Under the pieces are notes generated by a model. The model worked only from the letters and a program-made list of their open reading frames with translations, did no database searches and was not told the DNA's origin. A program made the position numbers and the translations under genes. A stretch of 53,496 nt of DNA, counting the filler, from Jimgerdemannia flammicorona (taxonomy: Eukaryota): NCBI GenBank assembly GCA_003990765.1. It is 3 parts of 3 records of this genome, joined end to end, with 100 filler letters (N's around TTAATTAATTAA, not from the genome) between each part and the next. Parts side by side here need not be neighbours in the genome. Positions count along the whole stretch, not along the records: positions 1 to 17,768 come from RBNJ01002416.1; positions 17,869 to 35,633 come from RBNJ01002417.1; 1 more part is not named here. One strand, written 5' to 3'. Numbering within the stretch: the stretch's first letter is position 1; the number at the start of each line of letters is the position of its first letter. Below, in pieces: positions 11,665 to 22,865 of this stretch.

Positions 11665-13441
11665 TATTATAATGATGACTTCAGAATGATGACATCAGCA
11701 CAGGAGATAGTTTTTCCTTACAAGCCACTAGATTGGAGCATAAGAAGATCATATGGCATATGAGATGAGCAATGATAACCAACTGTGAGTCATTATACAA
11801 GTATTCTGAGGAATATAAAAAAAAGGATCAAGGAACTACAGTAATAGCAACCAACAAGACCCACTAATCCCAAAATAGCTCAAAGACTCACTACAAATGA
11901 AATACCTACTGCCTGCCAAACCTTAAGATTAAGAAACCACCAAGGTATCTCAGTTGAAGAAAGAATGTTCTAAGACATCAGAAGAGCTATAAAAACCTGC
12001 TCAAGAAGGACTCCTAGTATCAATCTGGATACTGGTGATTCTTATCACTATATCCTCTATCACTGTGAAATGGAAACAAGAATCACCATTGCTACCAAAT
12101 GCCTCTGAATATAGCAGGAGTATGAAATAGGAAACCTCCTCTGCCAGGAGTTCCTACAGGTCAGCACTCAAGAGCTATAAGATGCCACCCCCATAGATAT
12201 ATATAAAACAAGGATAGCCAAGAAGATCCATCAGATCTTCAGGCATGCACCATGATCAATCTCCAACTTGGAGTATGTTAGAGTCTCAGATTTCAGAGAC
12301 CTGTTATCCTGCCATATCAATGTACTAGAAGCCAGGATGGCTACAGAAGCCCAGTCCACTATCACTCTCAATAGTGATGAAGTAGAAGACTTCTGGTATC
12401 CTATTCTTCAGGACAACCTAGACCAATTCCTACAAGGATTGATCTTAGTATTCCAAGGCCCAAGTATCTAGGTTAGACCTCCTCAAAACTCTATATTTAT
12501 CTCCTATTTTGTGGAAGAGAACCTCATAGACTGGAGAGCTCCAGATCTCCTTATTCCCACTGCTACCACTGAATGTGATGATATCATTGGTGATGATATC
12601 ATCCTACATGATATCGAAGTATGTGAAACATATGACTTATATGATGACAATGATGAGACAGACAAGATGTTTGCAGACCTCATCTCCTTCAAAGACATCC
12701 TGACCTCTAATGATGAAGCCCCTATGGTCTTGAATATTCTGCTCTAATTTTTAGGTGATGCAGAATTGTTTCAGCACTGGCATTTTGATGTAATACTGAA
12801 TAATACCAGCACTGGTATTCTGATGTAACACCAGATTATACCAGCATTCTGAATCTGTACAACCATTAGTGCCAACCCTAGAACTTAGCAGTTTTTTCTG
12901 TCCTGACATTTTATTTTAGTTATTGGAATTTATATTTAGCTTTTATATCTTAGGAACCATTGAATTATATTTTGTATAAATACTCCTCTTATTTCCTCTG
13001 AAATAAAGTCAATTCTGGTTCACTTATACACACTTCCTTGCAAGCAATCTAAGAGATAACAAGACAGTTTAAAGATAAGAAGTTTGAGGACTATAAGATC
13101 TTGAGAAGGCACTCCAATAAGAACTTACTTATAACAAACTTATAGTTAGTCTAAGAGATATACCTTGAAGAGAATCTGATATATTTGAAGAACTCAATAC
13201 CTACTATATATATGATAATATATATAATATAGTCCTCTCAGTTCTGGTTCACTTACATATACTTTCTTATAAGTAATCTAAGAGATAACAAGACAGTTTA
13301 AAGATAAGAAGTTTGAAGACTATAAGACCTTGGGAAGGTACTCCAATAAGAACTTGCTTATAACAAACTTGAGTTAGTCTAAGAGATATATCTTGAAGAG
13401 AATCTGGTGTATTTGAAGGACTTAGTAACTACTATATGACA
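11665..13441 (+). mobile_element. Solo LTR-2, degenerate, with ORF remnant and duplicated 3' end
   Basis: Ends tattata (inferred decayed TGTCATA)...TATGACA; TSD atatg/atata. TATAAATA at 12975, AATAAA at 13002. ~35-bp repeats at 12772-12850. ~13010-13217 is repeated at ~13240-13441. Confidence 0.72.
11881..12747 (+). pseudogene. Degenerate homolog of the LTR-1 accessory ORF
   Basis: One frame reads DIRRAI...EYEIGNLL...RIAKKIHQIFRHAP*SISNL, versus DIWNAI...YYQIGRLL...LIARKHRELFYEYNTIISRL in the 410-aa ORF. Acidic tail; stops are of the C>T/G>A type. Confidence 0.7.
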
Positions 13442-13760
13442 ATATATAGAGAGATCTAATAAGCTAAAGACTATTAAATTTGGACATATATTTGTTGAGT
13501 TATTATATTTTAAAAAATAAAGTTCAAATTAAATTTTGAATTAAATTAAATTTGGATCAAATTTGATTTAATTTAATTCATTGAGAGTACTAACTGAGTC
13601 TATATATTTTTTCTTAAATAAAAATAATATTATTAGCATATAACTTAAATAATAAGATATATAAGTTATTAAGATAATAACATTATTCTTATATTATTAG
13701 AAAATCTAAAATCATATAACTAGAGATTAATAAAAACAAAGTTAATAGTGAATATTTTTA

Positions 13761-13762
<2 letters not shown>

Positions 13763-13795
<33 letters not shown>

Positions 13796-16432
13796 TTTTT
13801 TTTTTTTTTTTTTTAGTTACTTGGACTTTGCTATTTATTACCATTCTATCATATAAATTACATTCCCCTCTTACTACTCAATACTCCTAGAGAGCCTCCC
13901 TCCTACTCTCTTATACTTAAAAACTACCTTATCACTAACTACTTCAACTTTTCTCCTACTCTATCCATATACATATTTTCTCTATCAAATAGTATTGCTG
14001 ATCTCTCTGCAGACCCCATTCCAGTCACCAGTCTGTTAAGATATTCTCCATCAATCCTTCTCATCTTGCCAACCACTCTTCCAAACTCAAACTCTTTCTT
14101 TCCTTAAATACAAACAGTCAGTGACTCACCAATCTTATCTATACTACTAATATCTAACCCAAAGTCAGCCACTCCTTCTCCACTCCCCTTACCCTATCTC
14201 TCAGATCCTCTCATTGACCCTACTCACCATCCCCCCTATACATAGTACTTAATCTATTCCTAACCACTAACTAGAAATTACTAAGTACCTTATACTCTCT
14301 AGCTAATATTCTAATATCTGTATAAATTCTCTATTCTGACTCACATTATAGCACTCCTCATAGTCAAAGTCCCTCCCCTCTACAAGATGGCTTGAGTGAA
14401 AGTTAAGCATAATATTTCTCTGCAGCATGTACTACTAAACTACTCAGTACTTGAGTGGCAACCATTACCTCACCTCTATACTCTAGGCCCAGACTCCATT
14501 CCAGTCCTACTCCTCACCAATATTTACCATCTATTAGCTATTTGACCATATATCCTGTCCCATCTCCCTCTAGTACTCTATCTCATCATTAATATCAAAG
14601 TCTATAAGGGGAGTACTCCCCAGTAGCACTCAATCTCATCTCTACATTGCTGGGCCCCAAGGTATTTCTCTCTTATCTCTCTGCCAGCAAATTTCAATAC
14701 AGTGAGCTCCATCCACTACTCCTCACCAGAAGTTCTTAAATCTCATATATCTACTATTTGGAAGCCCAACCAAGGACAATAAATCCCTGGTAGTTCCTCT
14801 CAGTAAGCACCTCATATTTCAGACCTTCTTCATCAGAGAAGCCCAGCTACCACCTCTCAGTTCTATCACTCCTTTCAACCACCAAGCTCTCAGACAATAC
14901 AATCTCTTTAGGAAGTCAACCAGCCTAAGGCCTCCTCTAGCTACTGGTAATAATAAGATTTCCCAGCTAATCTGACTCCTCTGCCTAGCCCAGATCTAAT
15001 CTCTTGCCAGCTTCAATAGTCTCTTCACCACCCAGGCCAGAAAGTCCAGATGATATGCCAAATACTATATTTCAGTAGCCAGTAGATATTCAAAATCATA
15101 ATGTATTCCATCAAGGAAAGGTGGCAGCCTTCTCAATCTCACAGGATCTCTCTCCAGATGGCCACTTATTACTCTCACCAAGATTATGGCAGAACTGATC
15201 TATATATAGAGAGATAGATACCTAAGTATCTCACAGCCTCTCTAGTAGAGACAATTGTTCTATATGCCCCTTTCTCTGCTATCTTACCAGTTACAATAGT
15301 TTGGTAAGCAACCTTTTGAGTCCACTTACTACAATTATTACTCTCTCTACCTTGGGTTGGTTTGCTATACCTATTGTAGAGTAGTGGAAGGAAGGCAATA
15401 GTGATGAGTTGCTCCTTTATTGGTATCAGATCAGTGTCTTCTCTACTTTTTCATAGTTTCTGGTGCCTTTGGCTGCATCTAGAGTATATTTATTTTGGTG
15501 TAGTACCTTCTTTTTTTTGCCATTGCCAATAAGATATTGTTTTGATATATCATGGGCTACATAGGGAGTTGGCCAACCTTGAGTATCAAGTGCTCAGTGT
15601 AGGTTACCTGTAGGTCCTCAGTGTCTGTGGTGGAGCCCTCTGGCTTTGGTGAGCTTTCCAACAAGTGCAGTTCTAACATAGGTGACTGCTTTTCAGGTGT
15701 TATCAGGATGAAAGGGGAGATGACCATTATATATAGGAGGAAGGGCGATAATGGTGAACCAGTAGAGTACCAGACTGGGGGCAGTTGTCAGAGCTGGGGT
15801 AAGTATTACTTTGGTGGAGCCTTTTAATTGGTATGGAGCAGTTAGGCAGTAGGTGTCACTCTCAGCTTCTTTTGGTAATTCAGCAGATTGGACCCCAGTC
15901 ATTGAAGGGGATTGGGGGGCTCAAAGCTACCTATTTCAGATATCTTGGCTACACTTAACTGGAACTGGGAGCTGACACAGCAATGTGATCAAGGCCCACA
16001 GGCTTGAGTAGTGGGGTATTGGAAGTCTCCTCCTACCTCACATGTAAGTTCTTTACTTACCTCAACTAGGAGAACCAGACCCTACCCACCATGATATACT
16101 TTGATGAGAGTTTTTTCTTTGCCTGTTATTCTCTTTAAAGTGATAGAGGCTATTCTATTTAGCTTGAGTATAGTTTTGTATATATATTGGGGTCTTGGGT
16201 ATGTGCTTTCAGTTATTGGTATATGGCTGAGTTCTCCCTGGTAGTAGAGAGAGCATGGTATGCAGAATGAGGTACAGGCCAATATAGGCCCTACTGTATC
16301 TAATATAGTTGAGCTGCTGGACAATAGCTAGTCTAGATTAATGAGGAGGTAGTGCTTGATGGGTGTGGAGGAGGGTTTTGGCCTATATAGTCTAGGTTCT
16401 CTTCCAATAAAAATCTGCAGAACATTGAGTCC

Positions 16433-16520
<88 letters not shown>

Positions 16521-17723
16521 ACAATTATTCCAATGATATCTCCTTCCACCAGGCCATTATCTAACACTATTATTTCATACTTATATTGGTTAGGTTTAGC
16601 CCCAGAGTGTGCCTCATACTACTCCACTATTTCTCTGAGTTTCTCAATATCAGCAATCAACCCCAGATCAACCACTATATCATTTGCAAAGGCTCCAACA
16701 TTTTACACAATGTTGAATATAGAGAGTCCTACAATATTCTGCCTAATTCTATCTATCAATAGCTCTAAGAACAGAGCATATAAGATAGAGAACAGTGGGT
16801 CCCCCTGGGGAACACCCCTCTCTAGAGGGAATATCACCCCTCTATGCCCATTATATATAAGCATCACTCTACTTCCTTCTAGTAGGCTGATCATTACTAC
16901 TTGGAATTGCTGAGGGACACCAATCCTATCCAGAACCTTTGCTAGCCAGACTTGCCACACACAGTCATATGCTTTTTTCTGATCCAAGAAAACCAATCTC
17001 CCATCTAGTCCACAGGCTTGAGCCCCTTCAATAATACTATATACCCAGGCTATACTATCCCTAATGAGCTGGTCTCTTATAAAATCTTGCTGCTCCTCAT
17101 CTAAGACTTACTGGGCCACCTTCTGCAGCCACACCACTACTACCTTAGTGACCAACTTCCTGTCTATGTCGGGCCACCAGTTCCTCCAGTTCTCTCTCCT
17201 ACTCTTGTTCTTAAAGAGCAGAGCCACCAGCACCAGATCCTGCTCTCCCACCCACCTCCCAGACTATAGTACTAAGTTACAAAGTGCCATCAACTCCTTC
17301 ATCACTCCACAGACATCCACCATCTTCTTCCAAAAGTCTCAGGGCAGACCATCCTCTCTTAGTGCCATGCCCAGCATAGTCACAGCAAGAATCTGGCAAA
17401 TTTCCTCCTTTTGAACTAGTATCACTAAGCCATCCAGCCCATCAACCTGCAGTAGGTGCCATTCCTCCAAAGTACATTCAATGGTAGCAGCATCAGCCCC
17501 ACTCTCCTCCTCACTCTACAAACCACTTCACCTCTCCTTCAATGAGCCCTGAATGTCTTGTAAACTATGAACTAGTAGATTACCAGAATTAAGAACCCCT
17601 TCCCATTGCTGCTTCACTCTCCTCATCTGAAGAGTTCTTGAAAGATACCTTGAGAGCCTCTCTTCCTCCTTCAATCCCTGCCAGCATAGTCATACAGCCA
17701 AACTCTATACTCTCATCTCCTCC

Positions 17724-17728
<5 letters not shown>
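13763..17728 (-). mobile_element. LINE-A degenerate ORF2 fragment with polyA, interrupted by element C
   Basis: T-run from 13763. Minus-strand VFLDQKKAYD and GVPQGDPL. Ends at a further T-run and an assembly gap. Confidence 0.9.
15263..16516 (+). mobile_element. Element C copy 1: ~1.2 kb RT-less polyA retroposon
   Basis: 16-bp TSD agagacaattgttcta (15247-15262) / agagacaattattcca (16517-16532). AATAAA plus long polyA. Homologous to 41057-42707. Confidence 0.85.
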
Positions 17729-17768
<40 letters not shown>

Positions 17769-17868
17769 NNNNNNNNNNNNNNNNNNNNNNNNNNNNNNNN
17801 NNNNNNNNNNNNTTAATTAATTAANNNNNNNNNNNNNNNNNNNNNNNNNNNNNNNNNNNNNNNNNNNN
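17769..17868. other. Assembly gap with TTAATTAATTAA linker
   Basis: N-run containing the same 12-mer as the gap at 35634-35733. Confidence 0.95.
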
Positions 17869-18073
17869 ATAATTAAATATTAAAGATATATATTTAATAT
17901 TTTATTTAAAAAAAATTATATCTTTTAAACTAAAATTAAATTAAAATAATTTTAAATTTAATAGTTATAATCAATTCATAATATTTATAACTTATAATTT
18001 ATAATTTATTACATTTAAATTTACCTGCTATTTTACTAAACATTTTGAAGCTTTCAACTTGCGGCCTTCGACT

Positions 18074-18195
18074 TTGTGACATGTGACATGTGACAGGTAA
18101 CATACGATTGTGACATGTAACATGCGATTGTGACATGTAACATGCGGTTGTGACATATAACGTGTGATCGATTCGTGACATAGCTTGTAACATTA
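18074..18195. repeat. Short tandem array of TGTGACATG-containing ~20-bp units
   Basis: ttgtgacatgtaacatgcga-like units (4-5 copies) plus (tgtgaca)x3, in very AT-rich flanks. Confidence 0.75.
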
Positions 18196-20107
18196 TAATA
18201 AATATTATTGATAATTTACAACATATAAACAATAATTTATAACTATGATTTGTAAATTAAAATTAAATAAATTTTGTTAATATTTATATGTAAAAAGTAA
18301 TAAATAAGTTAATTTTGAGTTAAAATTTAAAATTAATAACTATATTATTAATTTTATAAATTAAATAATATATAAAGTATATAATAAATTATATTATTAT
18401 ATTAAATTTTTTAATTAAGTATATAATATTATGACTCAAATATTTTTGCAGCCAAATTTGGCTGCAAAACCATCTAAGGGATAGTTATTTTGTTATTAAT
18501 GATATATTGTCTAAGTTAATGTCACATGGAGTTAAATGAAATAAAGGGTTTATCAGAGTAAAATGAGCTCAATCAGTATATGGAAAATTATACTAAAGTC
18601 AGTGAAAAAGAATACAAATTGAGAGAGAGAAAAAAAAATACCAATGATACAAAAAACATATTTCACCCCCCATAATAGTGTTCATGCTAAACCTACCTAT
18701 ATACCAAAACACTCTACATCACTCTAATTATTTGTTTTGCAATAAGCATGGGCTATAAATATAGCCAGATCCTCCACCATCTACTTAAAGATTATATATA
18801 ATCTTGAGAATTAGCCATGATGATAGTAATATCATGGTTAGTTGAAAGGTTTCTTGATACTGAGTGTTAGTATAAGGAGTATATATTAAATATGCATATA
18901 CATGTAACCTCCATTCTTCTATTATTCTGAAAACACATACCAAATAAGTCTGAATTATATATGCAGCCTCAGCCAGTATACATATGCCCATCCTGACCCC
19001 CATACTACATTAACAACAATCATCATCTGATTAGATCTGCCACCCAGCAATACTGCCATTTTGACAGGCTCATAAAATCTCATCATAAATTGTTACTTGA
19101 AGAGCTATGAAAAATTTGACTGACCTGCCATCTGCTTGAACCATAATCAGTACTAATTGTAATTCAGAATTACTTAGTCTAATATCAATGTCACATCTTG
19201 CTTATGGAAGGTACCCCAGATAAAATTACCCAATAGTTAGCTTGATACCCACACAGGTGAGATAGAGGAAGAGAATAGGGTATGCTTCTAATAATATAAA
19301 TAGCACTGAGTCTAATAGAATAACAAGAGGAATTCCATTACTGTTGCAAAAATAACTATAATTATAATCACTTTGCCTACTTTACTATTATTCAGAATGA
19401 AGTTATTTTCAGAAACAAGGGCAGGTATGTAGTAAGGTAAGAGTTTGATAGTCATGAGATAGGAATAGAAATGTAGGTAGAAATCTGCATTACTGCTGAA
19501 ATTTTTTTATTAGTATGATTGCTGTTGCTAGTGTAAGAGAAGAATAAAAACAATATGGAGATATAGACTGGAACAGGATTATTGTCACTAGGTATTGATC
19601 TCTCTTTAATTTTTAATTTTTATTTGATTTTAATTAATATAGTGGTGATACTTTATTATATATCAAAGTAATAAAGAGTTATACTGAATTATATTTAGAT
19701 ACTAGTTTAAGTATATTAAAGTATTGGTTTCAATTATTACTGTCCAACCCTTTTAACCATCATTGCCAAACTCAATATTGGCCATGAATGCAGTGAGCTA
19801 AAAACTACCATTCTCACATAAGTACCCTATACATGGGTTGGTAAGTATATGTGATGAGTAAGCCTAATAATACTAAATTGTATAAAAAATAAAATAAACC
19901 AAATTAAGCAAAATAAAACACTTACCTGATATGGCACATGGAGTGATGTAAGCTGATAGCATGGCATGGCCCTTTGTAGAAAATAAGTCACTGGACAAAA
20001 AGGTGAGTATGAACAAAGTCGAAATATATATATATATAGTTATATAGAAGCTAGAGATTATAGTATAACTGTATTTATTTAGTGACTTATGGCCATAATT
20101 ATATAGG

Positions 20108-20250
20108 CAGGTTTAGAATAGTACTTCAAGTTGACTCAGCTTTATGATCTGTGACTTTAGTTTGACTTAGCTTTGTGATCTTGCATATGATTCCTAAATT
20201 TGTTCTTAGATAATATGTAATTTAAGTGGCTTGGAGGTTGTGTGCTTACA
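20108..20250 (-). mobile_element. LTR-1 family 5' fragment, apparently without the ORF
   Basis: Minus strand tgtaagcacacaacctccaagccac...aagctgagtcaacttgaagt matches 5578-5737. Confidence 0.75.
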
Positions 20251-21306
20251 CTTTCTCAGTTATTTATATAAGTTGGTATTGTTGGGCAGTTCTAGTTATC
20301 TAGTATACTTAATATGATATATTGCTAAATTATAGTGACTAATTTGGATAATAATTTAGTATATTTCTCTGCTAGCTTATTATAATAGTAACTATATATA
20401 GTAATTATAATAATTATTCTTTATACATAATCTAACTCTACTATTATTTACTTATCACATCATTCTTTATTAAGGAATAGTCTGTCTCAGACTATTTTTT
20501 AGTCATTATTATGATAACTATAGATATCTTCTTCATCTCTATCTATACTATAATCTTCTTCTTCCTTAGAGAACAGAACTTCTATCTAATTGATGATACT
20601 CAGATAGATAACTATGTTGATTTATCAAATATTATCTAGAGAGAACTGAGTCTGCATTAGTACTGAGATATTTTATTGTATATTATATAAAATCTATCTA
20701 TAGTTATAGTATTCTTTTAGAATAATTCAGTAGAATTTCTTATATAGATTTATTCTGGGACTAAAAGGTGTGATAGTTGAATACTAAATATATAATAAGC
20801 TAATAGTTAGTAGATCTACAGTAGATATTAGGTCAAGGAGAGGTTTTTTTTAGTATATTTAGATTGGTTAGTGGTTTTTATAACTTCATAAAACTGAGAT
20901 AAGATAACTAATAGAGTTTAATAGGAGCTAAGAATAAGGATCTAAAGATACTGATTATTTCTCTAAGTTATTATATAAGTACTAAATATATCTTAAGTTA
21001 ATTGATGTAAACTAGAGTTCTTAGAGTATATCTATTTATATTTTTTATATAGATACTCTATAGTTTCTCTAATATATTATATAAGACCTTTTTCATTTGG
21101 ATTCTAGTTTAGTGATAAATTAGTTTTGATCATACTTTGCCAAATTATGAACTTGATCACTAATCTTAATATTTTAATTCTTTTATTTTTTATTATAATA
21201 CTTCTTTTACTTTTCTTGAGTTCAGTTATCTGGGCTTAGGTCTGACTCTATAATTGTTCTGTCTTATCTAGAAGTTCTCCAAGATTCTCATAATCAGTAT
21301 TTCTGA
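20251..21306 (-). mobile_element. Ty3/Gypsy 3' remnant: integrase tail, ORF3, PPT and start of 3' LTR
   Basis: Homologous to ~36600-37560 and to 46441-46940 plus 48611-49000. The LTR start tgtgataag is at 20459. Confidence 0.7.
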
Positions 21307-22865
21307 TTTTTTTTATTTTTTTTTTTATTTTTATAATCATATAGACTTCCAATTTATTACCAACTATCTAGATTATACAAATATAAATGAATCCCTCATC
21401 CAATCCTACAAGAAAATGCCTCCCCTCTCTCACCATTTTTCTGAAATACTACCATCTCTCCTATCACCCAAATCTTCTTCCCACTCTTTACAGATTTCCT
21501 CTACTAGCTTCCTTAGAAGATTTCCACTAGTACCTAATCCCCTCCACCACCCATTCAACAAATCTATCATCAGTTACTCCTATCTAGCAATCTGCACCCC
21601 TAGCATTAGCCATTGATCCTCCTCAAATAGATATAACCAATGTCTGGTAAGCCTGATCCAAATAGACAGTACCTATCCTAATATCAGTCACTCAACCTCC
21701 AACCTTCCCACCAGCCTCCTCCAGAGGTCATCCCCCCTCTCTTCCACCATGAGCCCAGGTGGATGCACTCTCAGCTGCTTCTCAATTACTCTCCAGAAGT
21801 CACTCATTATCTTACACTCCCCTAGCCAATGTTCAGAAGTCTGTATCACTCTCTTCTCTTGTATAATGTTCAGACACTCCTTATACTCTTGGATACTCTC
21901 TTCTACCAAATGATCTGACCAGAAGTTCAACATTATATTATTTCACAGAAGTCTCTACTATACTACTCAAAACTTAGAGGAAATCTATCTTACTGTCTGC
22001 TTACTCTACAATCAAATACTATTCCAATTCCACTCTTCTCCAATTCCCACCCCATATCATGCCTCAGACAACAGATCTCTCCCATACTCTCAAAGACACT
22101 CTATGACATCCTCTAAGCAGAAGTCATCCACTAGAGCTCTACCTAACAGAAGGCAGTCCCACCTCTACATCTAAGGTCCCCAGTTCTCCTCCCTCTAATC
22201 TCTCTACCAACAGAGGCCAATTTGGTGAGCCCCATTAACTACTCCTCACCAGAATCTCCAAAAGCATATCCTCTGGCTCTCCTCCAATACCACCAGAGAT
22301 AGCAGGTCCCCAGTTATACTAAAGAGAAGAACTGGGTCCCCCACATCCTCTATATGAGAGGAACCCACTCTCTGCCTCTCAACTCACTAGCTTACTTCAG
22401 CCACCATACTCTCAAGCAATGAAGATACTTGAAAAGATCTACCAAACCCTGTCCTCCTTAATTTACTAGCAAGGTCAATACCTTTCAGCCAATCTGACTC
22501 TGTTGCTCTGCTCATATTTAGGTCCTGGCCATCATAAATAATCTCTTAACCACCTATGCTGAAAAGTCCAAGTAGTACCCCAGATACTATAGCTTAGGCA
22601 ATTAGTATGTATTCAGCACCATCACTCTCCCTGCCAGAGATATACAATGGCTGCTACACTCCAAGAGAGTACTCTCTTACTCAGTCATCTGCTACTCTTA
22701 CTATTTGTGGAGTAATAAGGAGCCATACCCCAAGAAGTAGATTCTCAGATAGTGAACAGCCTCTTCTGCTAGAACAATTATTCCAATTACATCCCCCCCT
22801 ACTATCTCTCCTCTTAACACCAAAGTCTCACACTTATGTCAGTTGAGCTTAGTACCTAAGTACTC
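21307..22865 (-). mobile_element. LINE-A-related divergent 3' fragment
   Basis: T-rich tail. Minus-strand MLNFWSDHL...QTSEHWLGEC matches the ORF2 zinc-finger region. Confidence 0.8.

Larger units (their letters stand above)
11458..13592. mobile_element. Palindromic hAT-type MITE split at its centre by solo LTR-2
   Basis: Ends TAGTACT...AGTACTA; 8-bp TSD actaagtc (11450-11457) / actgagtc (13593-13600). The arms ~11575-11664 and ~13442-13535 are reverse complements. Confidence 0.72.

Noticed and set aside
16328..16913. Poly-Lys / poly-Phe ORFs
   Set aside because: Translation of a polyA tail.
17813..17824. TTAATTAATTAA palindrome (also 35678-35689)
   Set aside because: Embedded in N-runs; scaffolding linker.
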